From the NCBI GenBank assembly GCA_951406725.2, contig OX597820.1, positions 64,170,001-64,234,000 of the forward strand: a stretch of 64,000 nucleotides of DNA, in the 5' to 3' direction. Numbering within the stretch: the stretch's first letter is position 1; the number at the start of each line of letters is the position of its first letter. The stretch is from Octopus vulgaris. Its lineage: Eukaryota. Under the pieces are notes generated by a model. That model did not search any database and was not told where the DNA came from. It was given only the letters and a program-made list of their open reading frames with translations. A program made the position numbers and the translations under genes. Positions 52,119-64,000 of the stretch are shown piece by piece.

Positions 52119-53738
52119 CAGTTGCGGCCAAAATGTTCAGAACGACATTGTTTTCGTCAGAAAAGTAGGTACAATTTTCTATCAAAGATGTTTTACATTC
52201 TATAATTTTCACAGACAATAAATACAATATTAATAGTTATTATCTGAGATTTCGGTGTAATTTGAGAGGAAAATACAAAAGTTATGGATGATTTAGTGAT
52301 TTACTGCAAAACCCATACCGGCCAAAATGATCAGTATAGTTGAAAAAATAACAAAATAATCAAAAATACTGGAATTATTTAATATTTAGCGTGAAGCCCT
52401 TTAGCTTCAATCACACTTTGACATCTTCGACTGCATGAGGAAACTAAATTTTCAATTTTTTGCTGAGTGATCTTATTCAATTTTCTTCCTGATGGGCATT
52501 CCATAATTGCTCGGTTGTTTTAGGATTTCTGGCTTTCGAACGTTCTCCTAGACTATTCCACACATTTTCAATAGGATTGAGATCTGGGCGTTGAGCAGGC
52601 CAATCCATAACAATAACCTTTTCAGCCTTGAGGAAGTTCATGACCACTTTAGCCTTGTGATATGGGGCATTGTCCTGCATGAATATGGGTGGTCGCTTAG
52701 TTGAATTTCTCAGCACAGGCAAGACATGATCTTTTACAAGTTGTTTATAAACTCCTGCATTTTACTTTCCATGTAGTCGCACCAAAGGGCCCACACCATG
52801 TCCAGATATCATCCCCCAAACCATGACACTTCCTCCACCGAATTTAACACTAGTCTTAAGGCATTTAGTCGACAATTTTTCACCTACTTTTCGACGAACG
52901 TACCTTTTCCCATCTAAGCCAAAAAACATAAACTTAGATTCATCACTGAAATGTACCGTTTGCCATTTTTTTTGAACCACAACACATGTTCGGTTGCAAA
53001 TGTAAGACGACACTTTTTATTCTTAGAGATGATCAGTGGCTTCACTGCAGGCGCTCTTGCTTGTAGGTCATGTTCAACTAAACGACGAGACACAGTTTTT
53101 CGAGATAAAGTTTTCTTCAGTTCAATGCTCATTTCCCGAGAAACAGCAGCAGCAGCTTTAAATCTGTCCTTTTTAACCAACTTTACCATAGCACGATCTT
53201 CTCTCTTGGTCGTTTTTCTTGGCCTACCTGTAGACTTTCTTGCTTCACACGAACCACAATCATCGTAGACCTTAAGAATACCATGAACAACACTTTTTGA
53301 CTTGTTAACCATCTTTGCAATAGACCCAATACTTAAATTATCCTTCTTTCGAAGCTTAATAATCTGCTGACGAATTGGTAACGGAGTAAGTGGCATTATA
53401 TAAACAAAGTACACTGCAGATATTCTTACTAATGTTTAGTAAACGAACCGTCAAGTAAACAAATTCAAAATATTAGAGTTCGCTGGTTCAATATACTAAA
53501 ACACGGAGTAAAAGCAACCGTTCTTATCATTTTGACCGCCATGGGTTTTGCAGTAAATCACTAAATCAACCATGACTTTTGTATTATCCTTTCAAATTAC
53601 ACCAAAATCTCCGACAATAATAAATAATATTGTATTTATTGTCTGTGAAAATTATAGAATATAAAACAGCTTTGATAGAAAATTATATCTACTTTTCTGA
53701 CGAAAACAATGCCGTTCTGAACATTTTAGCCGCAATTG
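52119..53738 (-). mobile_element. near full-length Tc1-family (DD34E) transposon of IR-DR type
   Basis: TA target duplication (52117-18, 53739-40). ~225 bp TIRs (52119-52342, 53515-53738), each with outer and inner CGG(C/T)CAAAATG(T/A)T(C/A)AG direct repeats. Confidence 0.97.
52379..53396 (-). pseudogene. Tc1 transposase, frameshifted
   Basis: Three ORF pieces: HTH/GRPRKTT, FSDESKF...GGGSVMVWG, and QDNAP-34 aa-PDLNPIENVW; ends SRRCQSVIEAKGLHAKY*. Confidence 0.95.
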
Positions 53739-53741
53739 TAT

Positions 53742-53791
<50 letters not shown>

Positions 53792-53899
53792 TCAAACATA
53801 TAAGAGATGGTCAGAATAGGACATCCGACTCACTAGAAAGAGCAGTTAAACTCCAAACCACTAATAGTTGTAATTCTGAAATGGAAAAAGCAGTAAAAG

Positions 53900-54240
53900 C
53901 GTTTACCCTATCCTAAGGTTCATCTCGAACCTTAGATAGGGAAAGTTCAATTTCTTTCTTGAAAACATCCACCCTGGGCCATGAAAATACCTCAGACATT
54001 TCGGCAAGGCGTTAAATAGTTGTAGGCCACTGATACCCAAACGATTGCAGTGCATAGTCTTCACTCTAGGTGAAATAGCTGAGACATCCAGTTATGGTAC
54101 TGGTATAACTCTAGATACCAAAATGTGGAACCAGCTACTCCAAGACCTTCCGTACATATATCACTTAAGTCATAGCACTTTTAGTCTCTCCCAGCTGCTC
54201 TGCAGTTCTATTGATGCAAAATTCCTGATGAAGCATATGA
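53900..54240 (-). mobile_element. decayed CR1-clade LINE 3' fragment
   Basis: WERLKVL...VIYVRKVLE*LVPHFGI...CNRLGISGLQLFNALPKCLR...VDVFKK. Confidence 0.7.
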
Positions 54241-54342
54241 TAGGAGGTACATGAACGGAGGTACCGTTGCCCGTATCAGTCCCCAGATCACGCAGTGTAC
54301 GTGGCCCTAGGATAGCTTCTCCTTATATATATTTACATATAT

Positions 54343-54731
54343 TCATTCTTTTACTCTTTTACTTGTTTCAGTCATTTGACTCTGGCCATGCTGGAGCACC
54401 ATCTTTAGTCGAGCAAATCGACCCCAGGACCTATTCTTTGTAAGCCTAGCACTTATTCTATCGCTAGTTACGGAGACGTAAACACACCAGCAACGGTTGT
54501 CAAGCGATGTTGGTGGGACAAACATAGACACACAAACACACACACACACATATATATATACATCTATACGACGGGCAACTTTCAGTTTCCGTCTAGCAAA
54601 TCTACTCACAAGACACTGGTCGGCCCGAGGCTATAGTAGAAGACACGTGCCCAAGGTGCCACACAGTGGGACTGAACCCGGAACCATGTCGTTGGTAAGC
54701 AAGCTACTTACCACACAACCACTCCAACGCC
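54343..54731 (-). mobile_element. SINE family A (full length)
   Basis: ttcttttactcttttacttgtttcagtcatttgac...gtgggactgaacccggaaccatg...gcaagctacttaccacac. Confidence 0.93.
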
Positions 54732-54744
54732 TTCAAAATGTGAC

Positions 54745-54945
54745 CTCGTGTGTACCATTGTCGATTTTTTTTCCTCTGTCTTCCCTTCTCGGGATCTTTC
54801 ATTCTCCTGTGTTTCCGACGAAGAGCTCCGCTCGAAACGTTAATCCCTCCTTCTTCCCTTCTTTCCTGAGCGTCCAATAATACTATATTTGTTCCACGTC
54901 CTCGCGTTGTTGTGTTTTTTTGTGTTTTCTTGTTTGGATTAACTT

Positions 54946-54947
<2 letters not shown>
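54745..54947 (+). mobile_element. PLE pseudo-LTR fragment with hammerhead-like motif (54811-54845)
   Basis: gttt-CCGACGA-agagc-tcc-gctc-GAAA-cg-TT-aatc, with the core one substitution from CUGANGA. Ends in a TA array. Confidence 0.65.
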
Positions 54948-55002
<55 letters not shown>

Positions 55003-55124
55003 TTCTTACATACTTATATATATATAATACATTCTTACATTCTTTTGGGACGGTTTTTGTGTGTCATAATTTATATTGTTTTCTTAGCCAAGTAGACACT
55101 GGGATTTTATTTTAGTAACAAATA

Positions 55125-55182
55125 CAATTTAAGGTGGTGCTCCAGTATGGCTGCAGTCACATGACTAAAACAAGTAACAAAA
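55125..55182 (+). mobile_element. SINE family A tail fragment
   Basis: aaggtggtgctccagtatggctgcagtcacatgactaaaacaagtaa. Confidence 0.7.
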
Positions 55183-55563
55183 TATATATTTACTGATGTA
55201 TTATCATTGATACTGCTACTAATACTATATCTAGCTATAGCAGTAGTATGAGCAGCAGGAGTATTACGGCTCTTATGATCATGTTCGCTGTATAAATGAT
55301 TACTAAATACATAAATAAAATGATGTTTTCGTTTAAGCCAAAACAAAACAAGGATTTATTGTTTAAATCGAAACCTAGAAAAAACATGACAAATATAGCC
55401 GTTTCGAGATTTAAGATATATATGCATATATATATATATATGTGTGCGTGTGTGTGTGTGTGTGTGTATGTGTGTGTGTATGTGTGTGTGTACGTACGTA
55501 TATTCATCTATCTATAATTATATATATAATAATAGATAGATACATAAATAGATAGATGTATAG

Positions 55564-55612
<49 letters not shown>

Positions 55613-55721
55613 CACATATATATATATATACACACACACACATATATATATATGAAAAACAAGTATATACATACACACAGATATATATATACACACATAT
55701 ATATGCATATATGTGCATGTA

Positions 55722-55763
<42 letters not shown>

Positions 55764-55836
55764 TACATACATGTATATATATATATATATGTATATATGT
55801 ATATATACATATACATATATATACATATATATATAC

Positions 55837-55877
<41 letters not shown>

Positions 55878-56308
55878 ATTCGCTTTGTTCAATTTCGTCA
55901 TTTTTCATTGAAAACATCCATCAAAATCTCGTTGTTTATTTCGATATAATTGCGAATATAACTATTTTTAAATGACAGATTATAATAACGAATTTAATAA
56001 AAGAGTAACACTATAGCTTCCATCAATAAATACAACATTAAAACTACCAATAATTTATTCGATTATTACCCCTCCGACTTCAATTAAATATCCATTTTGC
56101 TTCTTAGACATTTACTTTGAATCTTGCGGCAGAGAAAGGGAGAAAAAAAAACAAATAAAAATCTGCATAATCCGAAGGAATTCTGAGAAAACCTTTGTAT
56201 AGACTTGAATATGCACAGACACACACACACACACAGACACACATGTGGGGAAGATAGTATATGTATTGATGCACAAGTATATTTGCGTGCGTGTATGTAT
56301 GTGTGTGA

Positions 56309-56358
<50 letters not shown>

Positions 56359-56570
56359 TGTGTGTGGAGATCTGTCTTTGTGTTCGAGTATATAAATTTA
56401 TAGTGGATGAGTCACGTATATTTCGGTCTATATAGAGATACTACAATTTTTAATGGCAAGCAAATTATATTGGTATGACTGAGAGATTCAACACCGTTTC
56501 AAGCCTGCAAGATTAATGCGGTTGGTCCTACGCTGAAACATTTGGAAATCAATATTTATATTTCTGGTTA

Positions 56571-56787
56571 AAGCGGTGAGCTGGAAGAATCGTTAGCACG
56601 CCAGGTAAATATGCTTCATGGCATTTCATCCGTCTTTATGTTTTGAGTTTAAATTCCACCGAGGTCGATGTTGCCTTTCAATATTTCGGCATCGACAAAA
56701 TAAGGATCAGTAACGTACTCCGATTGATATAATCCATTTACCCACTCTCTTGAATTTGCTGACCACGTGCTAAAATTTCAAACCAAT
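56571..56787 (+). mobile_element. Nin/Deu-domain SINE (family C)
   Basis: gcggtgagctggaagaatcgttagcacgcc...aaattccaccgaggtcgatgttgcctttc...atcgacaaaataag. Confidence 0.8.
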
Positions 56788-59016
56788 GATGTTTTAATTT
56801 TATTTTGGTGTGAATAGAATTATTTCGTGTGACTAAAAGGGAGAGAGAAAAATAGCGAGCAGCCAATGCGTCTGTGAGGGTCTGATGCCACTCCTGCAAC
56901 TTCTGATATGAAGGCCTCAGAACAAACCAAATATAAGTCTACATAGACTTTCGCCCAGCGTGTCACAATATGGAGGAGTATAACAATTGCAGTTAAACAG
57001 TATGTTAATAACGAATGGTAATAGAAAGACAATAATGGATACGAAATGCGTTTATAGGTAAGACTACAAAAGCCCATATAATTTGAAGCTTCCCTAACCA
57101 AGTTGAAATGTATGAATATGACGCAGGTCATCTTTGTATTTAAATAGTAAGCTGGAATTCATGGTACAGCATAAAACTTAATGAATTCCACTGGTTATTG
57201 CTGGCCTTTTGCTTATCATCATGAATCAGAGCATAATTATTGTATTTTGGATTGTCTGGTGAAACATTCATTAACTTTCTCATTACGGGTTTGAAGGATT
57301 TGGTTGTTTATCAATAAGATTAACATCATTATCGTTTCTTGATATGCTTCACTGACAAAGGAACAACGGATGGGAAGGAATGTGATGATATAAGAGCTAT
57401 ATAGCCAATTGGGATATGAGGATATACAGCCATTCCTGCGACTTCTGAAATTAAGCAGGCAAAACAAAGTAAAACATACACCCAGAGTAGCAAAAGATGT
57501 AGGAGTATGACGATGGAACTTAGAGAGATTATGACAATGGTAGTTAAAAAGAGTATGACAATAGCAGAGAGAGTAAGTTAACAACGAATGTTAATAGAAA
57601 GACAGTAATGGACAATGGAACCAGGGATGGGAGGAAACGGAATGACATAAGAGAAATATAGCAGTTTTAGATGTTGTAACAATTTCATAGACATTTCCTA
57701 CAGGTATAGTATATCTGAACAGATTATTGTTGTGTCTTTTCCATCATTGATTGCAGATTCTTTCTTTTTTAAATATTTTCGCTGCTATTTCTGGCAGGTC
57801 GATTAATCCCGTTGAGGATGGAGTTGGTATTGAAATTGATCCTCTGCTCTTCAATTGTTTTCTGAAATCTGTGATCTGAGCGAGAAACCAATAGTGGTCA
57901 CATTTATAAAATCCACCTTCATCCTATATTTAATCCCTTTTGGGAGCCTTTATCAAACAACGTTATTATCAAAGATATTACAACCATGGCCATCTCGATA
58001 GTTTGCATGTGACAGAGGACAATGTAGTCTCATATTTGTCTCAAATATTTATATTCGATTAAGGTCGTAGGTGTGATCTGAGCGCAATTTCGCAGCCAGT
58101 ACAAGAATGCAGACCGATAGTATATAAGCTCTCTTAGTATGGAAATGATGGAAGATGTGTGGTTCGCCCTTTGTCATCAGTGGTCGAGTCCATTATAGAG
58201 ACAGTACCTTAACTAACTGTGCTCTGCCTGTGTTGCTACCAGAAACAATTACTGAGATCCTGAGAGATATTAATATTCAGGATCAGAGTAAATCTGGGAA
58301 AAATAATGGCTAGCAATTGTTGCAACATTTCTCAAAATCTTGGAGATCACGGACCAGGGCCCTTCGAATCATCCCAGAATTATGAAGGAAGTAAAAATAG
58401 ATAACAAGGGTGCGGCTAATACATCAATTTGGGTTGCTCTGGTAGGGGGTGGATATAGCAATTCATTCATGCAAGGCAAAATACACTGAAGAACTTCGTT
58501 CATCTATATTCCTCAGATCATCACCTTTTCTTCTTTCTTTATCATTTAAACCCAGAACTTCTATATATAATAAGTAAAAATATATAACTGTTCCAATATA
58601 CTACTTATAAATTACTTGCTGTAGTGTCATCTTCCCACTATCTGACAGCCATTTTATTAATATTATTAAGTTAAATTTTAGTTGTTTTTTCACAGATATA
58701 TAATTTTCCTATTCTCTGAAAATTATTGAATTTATATTACGAAAAAAAATAAATAAATAAAATAGCTAATATTTTTTTTACTAATATTGAACATTTATAT
58801 CGAATGTTGACAATAAAAGTGAAATTGATTAAAAGGTTTTTTGATTTTACTTTACTTGTTTTATATATGGCATATAGTGTAACATGGACGTCTAATAGCT
58901 ATTTATCATACATAACTAATACGTTAATATGCCTCTTTCTCAACCACTATACACAATATATATACACACATGCATATATATGTATATCTATATCTGTATC
59001 TATATCTATCTATCTA

Positions 59017-59058
<42 letters not shown>

Positions 59059-59814
59059 TATATAGATATAGATATATACATATATATACATACATATTTG
59101 TGTGGGTGTGTGTGTCTTGTTGGATAACAGTCTGGAAAGAACATTCAATATAGGCATAGAATATTGTAAATATTTTGTAGTCATTTCAATAGCCTAGTAA
59201 TCGGGCGTTTTTTGCCTACATGCGGAATATAGTAATGGACAATTGTAAACAGGGTCACGTAGTTGATAGCAGAAACACGTTGCTCCGTGTACACTATAGA
59301 GCAATCTAGCAGTAAGCAACCAGTAAAACAGATGCAAGTCCTCTGAAGGCCATAATCGATCAGTTTTTTATAGAATATGCCATATGCCAGACTATGTTAG
59401 TTTTTTCCCTTCATAGGCTCTTAGAGGATATTTTCACCTTAATCCAGATATTCATAAACCCGGAAGACTTTTGGTTCCGTAACTCTAATGCAGCTTCCGA
59501 CATAGGTTTATTCGGAATGATGGCCTATTAGGAAATGTATATGGCTAGCGATCAGCGTCGTACTAAACGTTTTGCTAATCTGGCACCAAATATTTATTTT
59601 CACTTCTACTTGTGAGTTGTTTAACTGATACTTACGTAATATCGCAGCTAAGAATTACGTGTCACTAACTATTTATCAGGCGTTTTATGGTTACATACTA
59701 TATATTAGGACAGTGTTGCATTTAGCATATTTTACCTATCTATCTAAATTCCCTCTCTTTTCTCTCTCTCTCTCTTTCTATCTATCTGTTTCTGTCTATC
59801 TATACATATACGCG

Positions 59815-60150
59815 AGTGAGGCCCAGCTACGTTGAAGCGGTCAGAACATCGATTGGCAAAGGGCCATGGAAAGATCAATGCTGGGATTATCATTAACATA
59901 GCTCATTCGAAATAAGATAATTCGAGATCAGAGCAGAGTGAACGATGTGTTCGCAGAGTACCACTCGGCCGGACACGTCGCAAGGTTCACAGACAACACG
60001 TGAACACGCACAGTTCCACTTGGAAGACATTCACGACGACTAGAAGACGATTAGGTTAAGTAATTTAGGCCAAGATGGAAAAGAATGGCGCTATGAAAAC
60101 AGAATTGGAAGCGCATTGTGATCAGCGGCGTATAACAGAATCTGATGGTC
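59815..60150 (+). mobile_element. RTE-clade LINE 3' fragment
   Basis: RAMERSMLGLSL..LIRNKIIRDQSRVNDV...AGHVARFTDN matches the RTE C-terminal signature. Confidence 0.75.
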
Positions 60151-60227
60151 TGCTCAATACTTTTCGATTCTGTCTGACTTATAATTGTCTCCTTCCTCAG
60201 AAGAGAACACACACATATACATACATA

Positions 60228-60615
60228 GGTTCAGGCATGACTGCGCAGTAAGAAGCTTGCTTCCCAACCACAAAGTTCCGGATTCAGTCCCACTGCGTGG
60301 CACATTGAGCGAGTGTCTTCTACTATAGCCACGGACCGACCAAAACCTTGTCATTGGATTTGGTGGACGGAAACTGAAAGAAGCCCATCGTATATGAGTG
60401 TGCGCGAATTTGTGTGTGTTTGTTCCTGCAAAAACGCTTGTCAACCGATGTCGATGTGTTTACGTCCGGCAATATAGCAGTTCAGCAAAAGACACCGATA
60501 GAATAAGTACTAGGTTTACAAAGACTAAGTACTGGGGTCGAATTGTTCGACTAAATGTGGTTCTCAATCATGGCCGCAAGCAAGTGACTAAAACAAGTAA
60601 AATAATAAAAGAATA
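60228..60615 (+). mobile_element. SINE family A (diverged, full length)
   Basis: ggttcaggcatgactgcgcagtaagaagcttgcttcccaacc...catggccgcaagcaagtgactaaaacaagtaaaa. Confidence 0.88.
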
Positions 60616-60877
60616 CATATATATATACATACTACATACATGCATACATACATACATACATACATTCATACATACATACATGCTGGCTCTCGAATGGTTA
60701 GAGAAGTATGGCAATCTTATATGTTAATGACAGTCGCTGCCAAAAGTGCCTTGGCTGAATTTGAAGGTCGATGGAATGTACAGAACAGACAAAACTCTTA
60801 CAAGATCTCTCACAATGAGGTGGGTGTTATTCCAGATTTTCCTTCTCCTATCAATTTGCTTCTCTATACTTACGGAC

Positions 60878-61184
60878 GTGGAGGCACATGGCCTAGTGGT
60901 TAGAGCAGCGGACTGGCGGTCGATGGATCGCGTGTTCGAATCCCAGACCGGGCGATGTGTGTGTTTATGAGCAAAAAACACCTGGGCTCCACGCGGCTCC
61001 GGTAGAAGGTAATGGCGAACTTCTACTGACTCTTTCGCCACAATTTTCTCTCACTTTTTCCTCCTGCATGTAGCAGCGCACCTGCGATGGACCGGTGTCC
61101 TATCTAGGTGGGGAACCTATACGCCAATGAAACCGGAAAACCGGCCCTTATGAGCCAGGCATGGCTTGAGAAGGAACAAACAAA
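60878..61184 (+). mobile_element. tRNA-derived SINE, family B3 (B1-type body, B2-type tail)
   Basis: gtggaggcacatggcctagtggttagagcagcgg...gttcgaatccc; ctccacgcggctccgg...ctctttcgccacaa; gcgatggaccggtgtcc...gaaaccggaaaaccggccc. Confidence 0.85.
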
Positions 61185-61447
61185 ATGCATACGGACAGAC
61201 AGACAGACATTTATAAATACATGCCAGCAGATAGATACGCACATACATGAAGATATAAATATATATATATATATGTTACTTAAGAGACATCAGAAATGCT
61301 TACTTTAGAAGGAAATTATATAATGTTGTGTAGATATTATTTACCCTCTCTTACTACTCAATTACAGTTATGATGCATCTAATTTCTAAATTGCAAACAT
61401 AATATCTCTGTGTCGCTGGCCACTAAAATACAAAAAACCCCAAAATT

Positions 61448-61510
<63 letters not shown>

Positions 61511-61871
61511 ATATATATATATATATTTGTGTGTGTGTGTGTATGTATATGTATGTATGTATGCATATACGAAGTAAACATGAAAGTTATGTAAACGTAA
61601 TTTTGCATATTTCTAAAAGCTGGCAGTCGTAGATTCGCCATTGTAACATTGGACAGACTTTTGGTTAATATCAGAGCCTATCACTCTTCTATAGCGAATT
61701 TCTTCTGGGATTAGAGAGGGAAGATAAAGAGAGAGCCAGAGAGCGATAGAGAGAGGGGAGAGAGAGACCGACTGATAAGCAGGAAAGCAAGCAGATTAGA
61801 CTGCAGCACTACACTCGTTCCCAAAAGAATGAGTTCAAATTCAGCAAATTCTCAATTGGAATTTCCACTCA

Positions 61872-62072
61872 CCATCTTTTCTACTATAGACACAAGGCCG
61901 AAATTTTGTGGAAGGGGTAAGTCGATTAAATCCATTCTAGCATTCAAGTGGTACTTGATTAATCGAACCTGAAATGATGAAGGGCAAAGTCTAGTTTGGT
62001 GGAATTTGAACTCAGAACGAAGCGACGGGTGAAATATAGCTAAGAATCTCATCCAACGATTCTGCCAGCTCA
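61872..62072 (-). mobile_element. Nin/Deu-domain SINE (family C)
   Basis: tttctactatagacacaaggccgaaattt...tggtacttgattaatcga...atgaagggcaaagtc...ggaatttgaactcagaacg...aacgattctgccagctc. Confidence 0.8.
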
Positions 62073-62827
62073 ACTAAAGAGGGATATTCTCTTCGAAGTT
62101 TTAATGATATGGACGATTTGCTAGCTTCCATAAATACATCTTTATACATATATAAACGCGTTTATATACATAAATATATATGGGAACACCTGTATTTGTG
62201 TGTGTATATGTGTGTGTATATGTGTGTATGTGTGCGTGTGTGTGTGTAGGGATGCCCAAATGTGGAAGTGTTCAATTGCATGTGTATATATGTGAGTATA
62301 CCTGTGTCTAATTAATTGAAATGTCAAGACTGTCTCAGCTGTGTTGCTTGTCCAGTCAGTGTTAAACTGATACTCATTTCTTCTGAACACAGATAGAAAT
62401 TTCATTAAGTAAATATCTCTGTACACTATACTAAATATAACAGTACTGACTTAACCACTTGAAATGAAAAAAAAATGTACAAACAATAGAGTAGAAGAGC
62501 TAACAGAAAATGTATATAATAACTTATGAATTTAATGAAAATGCAGAATTTAACGAAAAGCTAGCAGTATGACAGGTATCAGCGAAGTGCTACTGACAAT
62601 TTACTATAATATCTTTATTTTTAAAAAATACTTGAAGCCTAGTAATCGTGAGGAAGGCTTCCCAATATCTATGGCGTCTGCGTGACCGAGACCACACCAA
62701 TCTGTTGTAGGACAGCACATTTGCAGAACTCAAGGCCAGCAATTTTGAGGCGACGAAACCAGTTGATTTTACGACCTTCAGTACTTCGCTGGTACTTTAC
62801 CTCGAAGGGTTTTTAGAGAACTTAGTA

Positions 62828-62861
<34 letters not shown>

Positions 62862-63653
62862 GTATGTATGTATGTATGTATGTATGTATGTATGTATGTA
62901 TGTATGTGTATGTGTGTGTGTATTTATACTCGAACTATCTGTATGTGTGTATCTCTGTTTTATCTGATTCTATATTGTGATCAAATAAAGAAGAAGAAAA
63001 TGCAGAAGCCATTCTATGTTACCAAAGATGTGTTGAGAGAACTTGGTAATTCAACAATACTGAATACTAACTGATTGCTCAACACAAATAGACAATCTTC
63101 AAGCCAGGACGTCGGACAAATATTTTTCAGATAGGAAATATTGATATATTATTGTAAGATTTTTTTTAAAGAACGTACACCACCGCATGAAAAAAAAAAA
63201 AAAAACCGAGAGATTTGACAAATTTGATGTAGGAAACATTCGACACCAAATATGCAGCAGAATTTAGACCATATTTTTGTCTAAATACGTTATTTCTTCT
63301 TTCCAATTCTCCTGATCATATATTTATAAACTCGATCCTGTATTTTTACTGGGTATTCTCATGTACGATCGGATCGATGAGCGAGAAGCATTGTACATTT
63401 AGCTAACTAGCAATGGCAATTATTTTAGATTTTCTGTCGTTACTTCAATTTTTTATTGTGTAATTTCCTTGGAGGCAATGAGAAATAGCTATAAATGTGA
63501 CGCACTATTCACCTTACCGATGTATCATCCTTATGCGATGACAATCTAATATGATTACACACCCATGCATGCCTGCACACACAATCGCACACGCATGCAC
63601 TCATATCAACACCCATGTACATATATATATATATGTCTCACCCTCTCACTTTT

Positions 63654-63689
<36 letters not shown>

Positions 63690-63747
63690 TACACACACAT
63701 GAATATGTATATATACATGTATATATATATATATATGTATATATATA

Positions 63748-63805
<58 letters not shown>

Positions 63806-64000
63806 TATTAATCCACTCAACAGACCACTTAACAACGTAGAATATTTGTCTATAGGGCTATTAATGAAATTGGCCAATATAGACAAAAATTAAATCCAAA
63901 AGAAAATATATGAAGGTAAAGAATAACGAAAAGCAACAAATGCAAAACATCGCTATAAACACGAATATAATTGAAGATAATGCACCAAAATTTTGTTTAT

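Noticed and set aside
60878-60950. tRNA gene-like sequences (also at 39020-39090 and 43660-43733)
   Set aside because: They have A/B boxes but continue directly into SINE bodies and lack a proper acceptor stem, so they are SINE heads.

Overview
AT-rich, microsatellite-saturated eukaryotic DNA. The SINE families and repeat style strongly suggest a coleoid cephalopod, most likely Octopus (inference). I find no convincing host protein-coding exon, so the window looks intergenic or intronic, and nearly all ORF-track hits are translated (TA)n/(CA)n/(GATA)n repeats. DNA transposons are a near-complete IR-DR Tc1 element (52119-53738), a DD36E-spaced Tc1 remnant, several mariner remnants and MITEs, a pogo/Tc2-like MITE and a Helentron-type element. 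Retroelements are CR1, R4/Dong and RTE LINE fragments, two Penelope-like elements (PLEs) bracketed by inverted pseudo-LTRs, and about 20 SINE copies from several modular families. The most unusual items are (i) a duplication-flanked chimeric insertion joining an antisense 28S rRNA fragment to a young SINE tail (25269-25485), (ii) five different minimal hammerhead-ribozyme-like motifs with palindromic stem III, (iii) an extended miR-34-complementary 22-mer in a CpG-rich patch, and (iv) a candidate promoter/first exon near 10-11 kb. All family assignments come from manual motif recognition; no searches were run.
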